NCBI GenBank assembly: GCA_964016885.1
Contig: OZ024743.1
Span: 45,384,001-45,448,000 of the forward strand
Direction: 5' to 3'
Length of the DNA: 64,000 nt
Source of the DNA: Eledone cirrhosa
Lineage: Eukaryota
Below the pieces are notes generated by a model. It made no database searches. It had not been told where the DNA came from and was given only the letters and a program-made list of their open reading frames with translations. The position numbers and the translations under genes are program-made. Below, in pieces: positions 13,316 through 27,777 of the stretch (the stretch's first letter is position 1; every line of letters begins with the position of its first letter).

Positions 13316-13534
13316 AGCTGTTCTCTCTGTTATACACTTGTCACGTTTTCTACCTTGAGAATGGTTATTATCTTTATTTTCACGCCAAGGAATAAACATA
13401 CTATGGAACATAATATAAGACATAACGTATCTGTAATATTATGTAATATGACTCCATTGGTAAAGCTATAATAAATTGTAATACGCTGTACTACTTGTTT
13501 GTTGTCATACCAGAGTAAAGATATGGACCTTCTT

Positions 13535-13660
13535 GTGAAGGGCATTAGGCTTGCAATCGAAAGGTTGTGAGTTCAATTCTCGGACCGGGTGATGTGTTGT
13601 TTCCTTCAGCAAGACACTTTATTTCACGTTGCTCCAGTTTACTCAGCTGTAGAAATGAGA
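13535..13660 (+). mobile_element. tRNA-derived SINE, family 2
   Basis: GGTTGTGAGTTCAATTCTC B-box, then CAGCAAGACACTTTATTTCACGTTGCTCC. Related copies at ~15760-15860(-) and ~51200-51315(-). Confidence 0.65.
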
Positions 13661-13828
13661 TGATAGGACTGGGGATCTATCATTAAATTACCCAAGACAC
13701 CTCCATCGAGATATACCTTGGAGGGGACCAGCTAAACCTGCATAGGTGTGAGCTGTCTTACACACACAAACATAGGGACCCACAGTCCCAAAGCAGTGGC
13801 CTCTAAAAGTCTAAAAGATATACTAGTA

Positions 13829-13875
<47 letters not shown>

Positions 13876-15984
13876 CAAAGGGTAGATGGAAGAATGTCTG
13901 AGGGGAGAGCTCTGCATAAATTGTATACATACAAATAGAATCTCGCAGTCTTAAAATGGTGAATGGGAGAAAACTTCACTCAACTAAAAATAGCTTCGCA
14001 GTTTTCAAAACTGAAACCCTCTTTAGGGGTGTTCAAATAAGGAGAACCAATCAAGGGAGAGAAGTCTTATAACCTGAGCTGATCGAACAATTTCAGACAA
14101 TGCAGTGGGAGGAAAACTTAACTATAATCAAGCATGCTGAAAATAACAGGCATATTTTGATCTATTAGATCTCTTTAGCGCGGTATATTTAGTCAGTAAA
14201 TGGTTAAACTAGAACGGTTAATATTTAGTCAGTAAATTGGTCAAAATAGATATCGGAAAAAGAAAATAATTATGCGTTAATCACTTTATTTTAAATATTG
14301 ACTTACGAATAATATGATATAAATGTTGTATCTATGCTAGATTATGTTTCCTATTTCGTTCCATAGTTAAATCATTACATGGGTAAACAATCGACAATAA
14401 TATTATAAACCATGCATCATTTACTCCCATTTTTTTTTATTTTATCCCCATAGTTATTTTATGTGTTTTGCTTACATCAAATATGTTATGTATAAACGAA
14501 TAGCTTCTTTAAGTTATTTAATATCTGCACAATTCTTCAGTGAACAATATTATACATGTACTTACTGATCCTTTCATCTCTACGTCTACTTCAATAAATA
14601 GGTGAAGGCTATGATTCAATGACGTGGTGATAAAACAGGAACATAACCGGAGTTATCTCCCGTAAATAATGAAAATAATAGTAAAATTTGTTTTCTTGAA
14701 AGCCTATGAAATACAAGGGTGTAATTAAGACAAAACAGTTACAAAAAGCTACTAATATTGTTATTTCAAACCTGAATTATCATTTCATATTTGTTTGTAT
14801 CTTAGTGAAACAAATGTTTATTAGGGATTGTATATAGCAGAATAAAGAAGTGCCATTTCAAAGTGTTAACAGCAATGCATTATAATAATTCCCTAAAGGT
14901 TTGGTAGAGAATAGAAGTGAGTTGTCATACTTTTTAAATATTATGTTTTGGAGTGCGGAATCGTTACTTATGAAAATTATATTAAGTATAAAAGTTGAAT
15001 ATTAAATTTCATATAATCGTAAGGAATAATGTGAGGAATATCCAGACAAAGGAACATAGAAAAATACTCAAATATGTCTCACTCACTTATTCCTTGTTTC
15101 CAAAATATTCCGTTCTATTTTTTTTTTGTTTTGTTGTAGAAGATGATAAACCATTGTATACAGTAACTTAATACCCAACAAGACAGACAGAATCGTTAGA
15201 ACGCCGAATTAAATACCTTGGCATTCGTTCCGGCTTTTTACGCTTTGTGTTCAATTTGGCCTTTCAACCCTTTTGGGGTCGATACATTAAGTACCAGTCT
15301 AGGGCCGGTGGATTATCGGAATGCTTAAAGAGCTTTGCAATATCTATTCCAATTCAATGCACTTTTAGTTTAAATCCCGTCTCCTGTCACCAATAAAATG
15401 AGAACACTTCTGTTAGGAAATAATGCCAACAGATGGAATCACCAATAGAAAGACTAATGTAAACTTAATTATCGTTGTTCAATTTGACAATCAGCTCCTT
15501 TCTTCTTTTAAAACACGTTGTTTGTCTCTAAACAGACAAAGTACAATTGAATTCGTTTCTTCTGTATTGAATATAGACTTCTCATAAGTCACAATTATAT
15601 ACATTGTTGTTATAACTCACAGCTATGTAGTTTGAACTGGCTTCTTATGAAGATGCACCAAGTCCTATCGTGAAAAGACGAGGCCGGTCACCAATCTGTT
15701 GGAGGAGCTAAACCCCCAGCTACTGCTACTGGTGCTTTTTTCTTGGTCTGGAGCCACATGCAATGAACCATTTTACTCAGGAACAACACACCGCCTAGTC
15801 CAGGTATCGAACCCACTACCTTTTGATTGTGAGTGTAACACTACGCTACGCGCCTTCATAATGATATACATTGATTGCTTATCAATTAATATAGCCGCCT
15901 TGCATTTAGTCTTTTATCTATTTACACGTGTCAGGATATAGCATATGTAAATAACGATCATCGACATCACACATACACATACAT

Positions 15985-16062
<78 letters not shown>

Positions 16063-16551
16063 CGAAGAAAGAAACTGATTCATGAAGGACTTTTCTCTCA
16101 TGCAATCCAATATAATTTTCATTATATTGTTCAAATGATTAAAGTATGTATTTGTTTTAAATAACAATTGCCGAAATATTTCTTTGAACAATACACAGAA
16201 CAATAGAAAAATATAATGAATAGATCTGGTCAAGGAGAATATTCTAGCAAATTTACTTCCAACCAAGCTTTCCAATACCTTTTCTCTCTGTCTTTGACAG
16301 GAGCCATCTAAATGCTAATTTAACGGCAAAGATATTAAAGATAGTCCTAATCAAAGGACTGATGAATTTACTTTGAAGCAAAGTGTCTGACAATGACGTT
16401 GCTAACTATTATATCGTTTATTCTGTTCATTTTAAAATGGTATTCTGCTGCGTAGAAACAAGCTTAGATCCGCTGGATAACATAGCTTCGCTATCGGAAA
16501 GAAACTGCACGAACTACAAACTTTTACAACTACTGTAAATTGTTCGTCTTT

Positions 16552-16586
<35 letters not shown>

Positions 16587-16631
16587 TAATTCAAAATATT
16601 AACAAAAATAGGACTTCATTGTGATCAAGTA

Positions 16632-16698
16632 TATTTTATTATACATATTTCAGAGGTACTGAGCTAACTTCAACAGTACGTCCTCATCAGATAAAATA
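16632..16698 (-). ncRNA. Type I hammerhead ribozyme motif
   Basis: TATTTTAT-CTGATGA-gga.GTACTG..CAGTAC.tct-GAAA-TATGTA-TA-ATAAAATA, giving an 8-bp stem I. Confidence 0.75.
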
Positions 16699-17313
16699 AG
16701 ATGATGTATGACATACCCTGACATAGTAGATGGTTAAGATTCAGTCATGGTAGTGAGTAATATATGACAAAACTCAATATTTATATACCTTAAGATTGAT
16801 ACATGAAAAAACTTACATATAATACAGAGGGTGCGTGTAAGAAAGCTTAAAAATACATAACAGTAATTTACATAACTGTTAGAGATTCAAATAATTATTG
16901 AAGAAAGAGGAAAGAAAAAAGACAGAGAGAAAACATGAAAACATACGAAAATATAGCTAGCAAAGATCAAGAAAGGGAGACAAAGGAATAATTATAATTA
17001 TTCCTCTTTGTCTCCCTTTCCTTGATCAATTCTCTGTTGCTCTCTATACCTCTTCTACCTATATTTTCCCCTCATATGTTTTCTCTCTGTCTTTTTTCTT
17101 TCCTCTTTCTTCAATAATTATTTGAATCTCTAACAGTTATGTAAATTACTGTTATGTATTTTTAAGCTTTCTTACACGCACCCTCTGTATTATATGTAAG
17201 TTTTTTCATGTATCAATCTTAAGGTGTATAAATATTGAGTTGTGTCATATCTTACTCACTACTATGACTGGATCTTAGCCATCTACTATGTCAGGGTATG
17301 TCATGCATCATCT

Positions 17314-17380
17314 TATTTAATCTGATGAGGACGTACTGTTGAAGTTAGCTCAGTACCTCTGAAATATGTATAATAAAATA
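17314..17380 (+). ncRNA. Type I hammerhead ribozyme motif (mirror copy)
   Basis: Same motif with one stem I mismatch. Confidence 0.72.
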
Positions 17381-17522
17381 TACTTGATCACAATGAAGTC
17401 CTATTTTTGTTAATATTTTGAATTAATATTAATAACTCCGGAAAACCGTTGCTGTTGAGTGCTTCCAATCTATTGTAAAACTAATTCTTTGATTTATTCA
17501 TTGAACCTTGTTTAACCTTTAA

Positions 17523-17637
<115 letters not shown>

Positions 17638-17966
17638 AGGGATGGTCTTGGATACGTTTATCTTGGTAATTTTAACAGATAAGTACACTCTGACTGATTC
17701 TTTTCGCAACTCTTTTGTTACCAAGCAATTGCTAGACAATATGACCGATATTATTTCATATTCATCAAAATTATTCTTGTATCTCTGCTCTTAATATTTA
17801 TGAATTCAGTTGAGCTTATTTATGGACTTAATGAGGAGTTACTTTTAGCATCCCTGTTGGATAACCTGTAGTCTTCCGCTTCGGCGACATTATATATGTG
17901 CTTCCACAGTTTGTGATTTGACAGCATGGCTGATGGCTAAAGCAGTTTATATATAATAGGATGTTA

Positions 17967-18061
17967 CCTACTGAGGATGAACCTAATATATTAATCATGC
18001 CTTTTATTCAAAAAAGGTAATCTGCATTATTTCTTTTCAGCTCGAAACAGATTTGTATAGG
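17967..18061 (+). ncRNA. Type I hammerhead motif with ~65-nt stem II region
   Basis: CCTA-CTGAGGA-(long)-GAAACA-GATT-TGTA-TAGG. Stems I and III pair; the stem II fold is unclear. Confidence 0.55.
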
Positions 18062-18513
18062 GCTTAACAATCTGCATTTGCCATCTTCATATACATTCAT
18101 TCCTTGCCTTTCTGCTTGTTTTCACTTTATATCTATACATCTACGTATGATCTTGACCATTTTTGTCTAGATGATATTTAGTGATGTGTACGCTTTGACC
18201 GTTTTTTTCATAACTCTTTTGTCCTCGAGCAACACCCTACCGATACTGCTATTCTTGATTATGTGGAGTTTATACTCTGATCGGTCTGTTCCTTCTTATA
18301 TAGCAGTATGGGTAGGGTGTTGCTCGAAGACAAAAGAGTTACGAAAAAAACGGTCAAAGCGTACACATCACTAAATATCATCTAGACAAAAATGGTCAAG
18401 ATCATACGTAGATGTATAGATATAAAGTGAAAACAAGCAGAAAGGCAAGGAATGAATGTATATGAAGATGGCAAATGCAGATTGTTAAGCCCTATACAAA
18501 TCTGTTTCGAGCT
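18038..18513. repeat. Inverted repeat (~213-bp arms, ~48-bp spacer)
   Basis: 18038-18251 is the reverse complement of 18300-18513. Confidence 0.92.
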
Positions 18514-19866
18514 GTATGTGTGGGGGGTCTCCGTGTGTGTGTGAGTGTGAGTGTGAGTGTGTGTGTGTTTGTGTGTGTGTATGTGTGTATGTGTGAGTAT
18601 GTGTGGGGGTCTCTCTGTGTGAGTGAGTGTGTGTGTGTATAACGAACAAACATAGTGACATGTCTTCATGATTTGTGCAATTCCCAGTGTTTTAGTAGAT
18701 TTGCTAAAATCACTTCAAGCTGATACCAAATAATGTAATTCTGCTCTGAAATATACATTTGTATGTCAATGTTTTCTTTGGTCGAGATATTTATATCCCT
18801 ATAAAACCATATAACGTTGTTTACACACAGGCTTTTCGTGTTTTTTATTTTTATTTTATCAGCTTATCTTACAGAAAAGTTCTATTACTTGTTTTTATCT
18901 TGTTCTTATCAATAAACACTTCAATTCACATTCATAGAGGGAAGGTTTTTGTCGTAGAATAACCAGAAATATGTTTGCTTTACGTCTTTATAAATACATT
19001 TCAAACTGTTATATATTTATAACATTGACGCCAATTTACGGCAATCTCTTCATATTTTAACAGAAAAACTCTGCTTTTTTATCTGATAAATAATCGCCGA
19101 CAGTTAAAAAGAAATCTCTGGCAGATTTACATAGATTTACATAGATTTGTTTGTGATTGTCTGGAGTGGGTAACGTGAAATGGTTTTGATGTTGATGAGG
19201 GAAAAGAACTACTGTCAGGTTTGATTATGCAAACGACAGAAACAGAAATATGTGAACAGAGTGATATATGTTATATTTTGTTATAGCTGCGAAGCTATTC
19301 CAATAACTCGATGGCTAAGTGTTTCGTGCTTAATGCGCATTTAATTCTGGTCCAGGCTACTCTGGTGTAATCGCTAACACTGCTGTTCTGATGTAACAGA
19401 TACGTGGGTTGAATGCCGTAAGTGGTGTGTTCACCTATGTTCAGAAGTTACCATTATGTAATTTATTTACCCTGGAAGAACGAAGTATGAGGCTGATCAC
19501 ATAGACTTTAAGCTGCATAAATGTAATGAAATACCACAAGGCATTTTAATGTATGAATGTAATGAAATACCACGAGGCATTTTAATGAATAAATGTAATG
19601 AAATACCACAAGGCATTTTAATGCAGCACCGTTTCAGCCACCTTACAACAAGGGACCTCCTACGTATTCTCTAAACTTGCTAGAAATAGTAGCCATGCAA
19701 CCCTTACGTCACAATTTATAATCTCAAATAAAGGAACTACAAAATATATTTGGTGTGCCATAGCAATTTGACAGCCTAGCAAAGGAGCGCGAGGCTAAAA
19801 ATCTATGTGGCTATGATATGCTACTGGTACAATTAAGAACTACATTCCCCAAATTGCTCGTGTATG

Positions 19867-19988
<122 letters not shown>

Positions 19989-20382
19989 AAGTAATTCCGT
20001 CGGAAAAGTCCAGGAAAAAAGAGTGTTCTATGTAGGTTAAAGAGTTTATTACATAAATATATATATATATATATATAGTGGTAGAACACTGGAAGGTAAT
20101 ATCCGTAGCGGTAGAGCACTCAGTCCATGGGACGAGTTAGATATAGATATATATATATATATATATATATATACACGATTTAAGTTTGACAGATTTCAGT
20201 TTGACAATCGCCACCGATGAATGCGAGAAAGTTCTCCAGCAATGTTAACCAGGAATCTTTAAAATTCTTCCCACCGAAGTTAACAAAGAACTTACCAGAT
20301 CTACCAACTTATAATATTATATTATAAAATTAAATAAAATTATTTAGAACTACAAGTGAAGTCATACTTTTCCTTTTTTTTT

Positions 20383-20463
<81 letters not shown>

Positions 20464-20577
20464 TAGGTGGTTCAATAAATTCGTAGTTTACTGTGGAAGG
20501 TACCAAAGTCAGCACTATATACTAAGGCAATGTGTATATATTAAAAACAAAGCGAGGATTCACATTCAATTCATTTT

Positions 20578-20668
20578 ACACAGTTACGAACGTTTCACAG
20601 ATGGGTGGTTCAGGATCTATGTAAATGCTATAGACCCGAATCTAGCCCGATCTGCTCGTCAGACTTGT
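20578..20668 (-). ncRNA. Type I hammerhead motif, extended stem II
   Basis: ACAAGT-CTGACGA-GCAGAT..ATCTGT-GAAAC-GTTC-GTA-ACTGTGT. Confidence 0.75.
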
Positions 20669-20684
20669 TCTCTTTTCTTGATTA

Positions 20685-20775
20685 ACAAGTCTGATGAGCA
20701 GATCAGGCTGAAGTCGAGTCTATGGCAATTATATAGATCCTGAGCCACCCATCTGTGAAACGGTCGTAACTCTGT
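20685..20775 (+). ncRNA. Type I hammerhead motif, extended stem II (diverged inverted copy)
   Basis: ACAAGT-CTGATGA-GCAGAT..ATCTGT-GAAAC-GGTC-GTA-ACTCTGT. Arms span ~20540-20668 and 20685-20816. Confidence 0.77.
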
Positions 20776-20809
20776 ATAATCAATAAAGACCTTAATGTGA
20801 AACTCGTTT

Positions 20810-20901
<92 letters not shown>

Positions 20902-20905
<4 letters not shown>

Positions 20906-22800
20906 ATATTTTCGGGTAAGGACCATAAGGGAAACTTCCTCAACAAACAATCAGTCAGACTTATCAATCCCACTCGTTCGGACATCGGCTCTATCAGTAA
21001 TACGATCCTAGATAGAGTTGTACCATCATTGCGGGCTGCCTCACCACTCCTACTCTGGAGCAGAACATCTGAGGCAATATCTTGGTTCCAAGAATTACCC
21101 GACAAACGCCACACTCGCTTCCTGCAACTCGACATAGAAAACTACTATGCTTCTATCTCGGAGTCCCTCCTGAAGGACGCAATTACCTTTGCCAGGAATT
21201 TTACCACCATAACCGATGCTGAGCAAGATGTTATCCTCCATGCCCGTAAGACCTTCCTATACCATGATGGATCTTACTGGATCAACAAGAAGTCTCAGAT
21301 CCCATTTGACGTCAGCATGGGAGCGAGTGACTCGGCTGAAATTAGCGACTTGTGGGCCTGTACAGTTTACACCACTTGAAGAACCTCTTTACTGGCCTAA
21401 CCGGAGGTTTATACCGAGACGACGGCCTCTTCGCCCTGCACAAGGTTAACCCCAGAACCACCGATGAGTTTCGGAGAAACTTAAACTCGTTATTCCGTAA
21501 TCTAGGATTTAGTATAACTATAGAATCTAATATGACTAGGGCCAACTTTTTAGATGTCACTCTCGACCTAGAAACTTCCCTGTATTACCCGTACCACAAA
21601 CCTAATGAGCCCCTTAGATATATTAGTGTTAATTCTAACCACCACAAAAACATCACTGATAACTTAGTAAAAAGCGTCTCTATTAGAATCTCTGGCCTCT
21701 CTGCCAATGAAGATATTTTTAATGCCTCTGCCTCCTACTACAATGACGCCCTCGCCCGCAGCGGATTTAAAGAAAAGATAACCTACCTAGAAACCACCGC
21801 AAGACTGCATAGGAGGAATAGACCTAGGCAGATTAGCTGGTACAACCCTCCCTTGAACAGAGAGGTCTCTACACCTATAGCTAGGATTTTCTTCACTTTG
21901 CTGAACACACATTTCCCCATACAACATAGGTACTGCACCATCTTTAATAAGAACACAATAAGACTCTCCTACTCCACCACTCCTAACCTAGCTGGGAATA
22001 TAGCCAATCACAATTCTAAAAAATTAAATAAGCCAACCACCTCCGAACCCAATCCCCGAACTGGGGCCTTGTGTAATTGCCTAAATAAGGAAGTCTGCCC
22101 ACTTGAAAACAAATTCCTGACAAATGATATCGTAAACAAATGCGATGTCATCTCAGGCACCGATGATTGCAACAACAAAAAGACTTACATTGGCATGATT
22201 TCCAATATGTTTAAGACCCGGTGGTATGCCCATACCCACTCCTTCAGAAGACTGGACAAATCAAACCATACAACCCTCGGCTCCTATGTTTGGGATATTG
22301 AAAGGAACTCCACCCCCTTCACGCTTTAATGGAAAGTACTCCAGAAAGCGCGCTCATGTAACGGAGAACACATGTGCTGCGACCTTTGTATCTCAGAGAG
22401 CTACGACATTTTATTCGCCAAGGGCCCGCTACTGAACAAACTCTCTGAACACTGCCCGAACTGCATGCACAAAAACTTTGCAACTTTCCAATACATTAAA
22501 CCAGTGTTAATGCCCAATGGCTAAAAACGGCTTCCTCTTTTTTTTTTTAAACGCCAGCCGACAAAATAGCCCCTCCACCTCCTTCACACCCACCCCTAGC
22601 CCCTCCTCGACCTGAAACACGGCACTATGGTTATGTAAGAACTTCTTACCTATCTGCATTTTCTGATTGTAGAGCTGTTTTTATGTGTATATTTATGAGT
22701 ACATGTTTGTATGTATTTGTATGAGTGGCCGTTCGTTTGTATGCATATCGCTGTGTGTACGTGCGTTCACATGTACCTGCATTTAGGCATGTTTGTGTAT
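20902..22800 (+). mobile_element. Penelope-like element A (RT + C-terminal GIY-YIG), 5'-truncated, disrupted
   Basis: KDHK, LDIENYYASI, MGASDSAEI, GGLYRDDG, NFLDVTLDL, CNC..CPL, TYIG, CDLC. Frameshift near 21352, nonsense codon at 22327-29, ORF end at 22524. Confidence 0.9.
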
Positions 22801-23011
22801 GTATATATATATATATATGTGTGTGTATGTATATATATATGTATGTATGGGTATATATATATATAAGAATTAAAATACTAGAGTGTGTTGGAGTTAAACA
22901 CCCTCTTCATATTATAGAAATGACAGTAAAGATATAGCTCAATGTAATTAAACAGAGCCGAAGAATTATGAAAATAAATCAAAGAAGCCGTCAAAAGACC
23001 AAAAGTCTTTA

Positions 23012-23054
23012 TTAGCCAACAATGTTTCGTCCTATTAAGGACTCATCAGGGCAA
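23012..23054 (-). ncRNA. Minimal type I hammerhead in PLE B 3' region
   Basis: GCC-CTGATGA-GTCC-TTAATA-GGAC-GAAAC-ATT-GTT-GGC. Confidence 0.78.
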
Positions 23055-23354
23055 GTAAAGCTATAAGACGCACTATCGGCCAATACAAGCCAAAAACTCA
23101 GAAGAATATGGAGTATACATACATTAAAGCATAGGAAAATTATGAAGTAAAAATTGCTAAGGAAGTGAATAACATTTTGAACCCATATTACAAATATAGT
23201 ACAATGCAAAAACTAAAGCTAAACACAAGTGGTGAAATAAAGCGAGAATTACAGTACGATATATAATTTAATATAATATAATATAATATAATATAATTGA
23301 TAATGACAATAATAATAATATTAAAAGGCCCAATATACACACATATATATATAC

Positions 23355-23417
<63 letters not shown>

Positions 23418-26400
23418 CACATATCCATCAATACAAACACAAAACTAACACTTATTAAGAGTTTAAATATAAATATAATACATATATTATTTACAGTATA
23501 AAATGATAAAGAAATGAATAAAAATAAAAATAAAAATATAATATATAATATACTATATAATTTATAATCTCCGGTCAATTTGCACAAACAATATAAATAT
23601 TACAATAACACTATAATAACAATATTATAATATATTGGCATATAACAACAAATCATATAAAGTTACACACAGGTTGAGAAAAAAAATATCATACAGAACT
23701 GAATTGTTTTGAAAAAATTGTGCTGGAAAAATATCTATACCGTTGTAACAAAACAGACGGAGGTCGAGTTTCTATACAATTGATATAAATAAATATTATC
23801 TAAACATTATAAAAAATTATAAAAATATAAACATATTACAGAATTTACAAATTTAACATAAGGGTACATCGAATAATCGGTAAATATTTAAGATCTATAG
23901 TACGATTACATAAAGTGATATGATATAACAACTTCAATATCAAATAACAAACATAGTATAAGTATACATAATTACATGGTTGGTAGACAGACATATGTGA
24001 ATAAGTGAATAAGAACCAGACAGAAACTACGCACGGTAGTAAAAAAATATAAATAAAATCAACCGGAAATCGAAAAACAAAAACAAATGTATTTACTTAG
24101 GTGTCACAAGCAGTTAATTAAAAAAAGTTAGGAATCAAACCCAGATAAATGACTAGAAAACCTTATTAAATTAATTAATATTGAAAGTATTTAAAATACA
24201 TAATAAGCCAATCCAAAATTAGCTATGGTTTAAGTTATCAAAATCTCTAAAGTTTAAGATATCTCAATAAAAATATCCAGAATAGAATGAAATATTCTAC
24301 TTTCAGTTGAATAACGTTATCTAATAAAAGGCCCTTAAATAGAACTATGGTAGGCCAATGGGAACAGAAAAAAGAAAGGTATGGAGGATACGAAGGAGCA
24401 TAAAATCATAATCAATATACTGTATAATACAATAGAAAGGAGCATAAAAGGGAATTGAATATAATTATAGTATAATTGAAGAGGCGAATGACAAGTGCGT
24501 TGGGGGGAAGGGGGGGAGGGGGTTAATTATCTAAATGAGAATCCAAATAAAATATATAATCCGATATAAACTCATAAGGTGTTAATAGTGAAAATATAAT
24601 ATTTAAGAAGATGGATATGGTATGGTAGCCAAAAGACTATGAAAGCTAGATCGAAAAGCTGTTAAAAACCAGTAATAATAATGATGATGGTGGTAAACAA
24701 AATGAACCTAAACAAAAAATATAAGGGAATATAGCAGCTAATTGATACAATTTACACTACCAGAACTTTTAGGTTTATAATAAAAGTAAGAATTAGAAAT
24801 GGCGTGGGGGCAGGAAGAAAATATCTCAGAGTTTTTATTAAGTATGAGTTCCCTAGAGAAAATTATAGAGTGGGTCTCAAGGATACAGAGATTACAGAAT
24901 TTAGTGTGTGTTGATAGATTATTAGAGCGTGCTACTATTCGCCAATTAAGGCTATATGGTATATTAGCCCGCTTAATATCCCAGATATGGTGTGCTAAAG
25001 AAGTAGAATTCTTAAACTTAACATGTTTAAAATTAGAGATATGAGAATTAAACCTAGTCTTAAAAGTGTTAGATGTTGAGCCTATATATGTGCTATTAGA
25101 GGAATTAGTTTTAACTACACAAGCATAAACGATGTTCCTAGAGAGGCAGTTACCGTTTAAAGGGTAGTTAACACTCACTCTACAGTTACACTTCCGGGTG
25201 CTATTGATCGGCTGAAGTAGTGATGCATCACTCGTAGGGTTACTATGAGATAAGGCATTTATGGATCTATCCAGACTAGTAGTACGCAAAGAGGCGTAGC
25301 CGTCCCTAATTTTCCTATTATTAGTGCTAGCTAAATGAGAACTAATATTAGGGGTGGTAGAGAATGATAGTTTAATTACATTTTTATTAAAAATACCATG
25401 GTATTTATTAGTAGGAGGGACATTTTTCTCTAAGATAGAAAAGAAAGACCTAGGGATGTTAGTTAATACTTCCTGATCATATGGCGGGTTAAAATAAGTA
25501 TTTAGTCTCCTTCTATTTCTATCCTTACCAACTCTACCGTTATCTAATGTCACATTATTAAGAATTGGGTAACTACGAGGACTAGTTAAAACCACATTAA
25601 TAGAATCAGCCGAAACCCCATTGAGTCTCCTTCTGTATCTACCTTTAGTATATCTACTGCTATCTGGAATCATATCAACAGGATTAGGGCTACTAATAGG
25701 ATCAGTCGAAACAACACTATTAGAATTAGTAAAAACATTAGATTTAGCAAAATCATTACCACTGAGTGAGCGCTCAGAGTGCCCAACTTGATCCCTAGAA
25801 CTATTAGATTCCCTATTACGAATTCGGTGGCTTAATTTATGGATAGGTTCGGATACACCTATGGGATTTCTACAATTCTTATGCTTTCTACTCCCATTCA
25901 TGGCCATATTATGGGATATTATGTTATTATTATTATATGTAAGCGGAGACTTTCTAAGGTTACTATTATTATAATGTATTTTACCAGAGTAACCGGAGTT
26001 AGCTAGGGCATTATTATAGTACTCTGCATGTGCATTAAATATTCCTATATCCTTAGAGAGTGTGGAAATTCTATTAGATACACCATTAATTATAGAGCTT
26101 ATCATAGATTTGGAGTGGTTAGAATTGGAACTAACATAAGAGAGTATTTCATAGGCTTATGGAAGGGTTTAAAACTATTAGTGACCAAGTCCAAAGTCAC
26201 ATCTAAAAAGTTGACCGCTCTATCATTTCTATCTATCGTGATCGAAAGGTTAAAGCTTTTAAAAAACTTATAAAGTTTCTTGCTATTATGCTCGATGTTA
26301 TTGGTGCTGGAGTTAATCACAAAACAATGCATCGTCACGATAAAGTCCGCCTTTAAGGTGCGGAAAGGTAACATACAGTTCATTTAGGAGGAACAGCCCA

Positions 26401-26532
26401 ACAAGATCAGTTACCTGGGCCGAATCACTCGAACCCATTGTAACATCGAAATTGTTGGGCGTGTTTTTACGCGTCCAAAATGTATCCATGTTTTTGGCTT
26501 GTATTGGCCGATAGTGCTTCTTATAGCTTTAC

Positions 26533-26575
26533 TTGCTCTGATGAGTCCTTAATAGAACGAAACATTGTTGGCTAA
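26533..26575 (+). ncRNA. Hammerhead copy in inverted pseudo-LTR of PLE B
   Basis: GCT-CTGATGA-GTCC..GAAC-GAAAC-ATTGTT-GGC, with one stem II mismatch. Confidence 0.65.
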
Positions 26576-26617
26576 TAAAGACTTTTGATGTATTGAAGGC
26601 TTCTTTGATTTATTTTC

Positions 26618-27762
<1,145 letters not shown>

Positions 27763-27777
27763 TATATATATATATAT

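Larger units (their letters stand above)
16583..17429. repeat. Fold-back inverted repeat (~410-bp arms), each arm with a hammerhead motif
   Basis: 16585 ATTAATTCAAAATATT is the reverse complement of ...AATATTTTGAATTAAT at 17427. Centre near 16995. Confidence 0.92.

Noticed and set aside
16278-16400. Good splice-acceptor-like site (pyrimidine tract + CAG)
   Set aside because: All downstream frames close quickly, with no donor or recognisable protein. A non-coding or UTR exon cannot be excluded.
19519-19623. Three copies of a 36-bp unit
   Set aside because: Ordinary slippage duplication within a degraded repeat.
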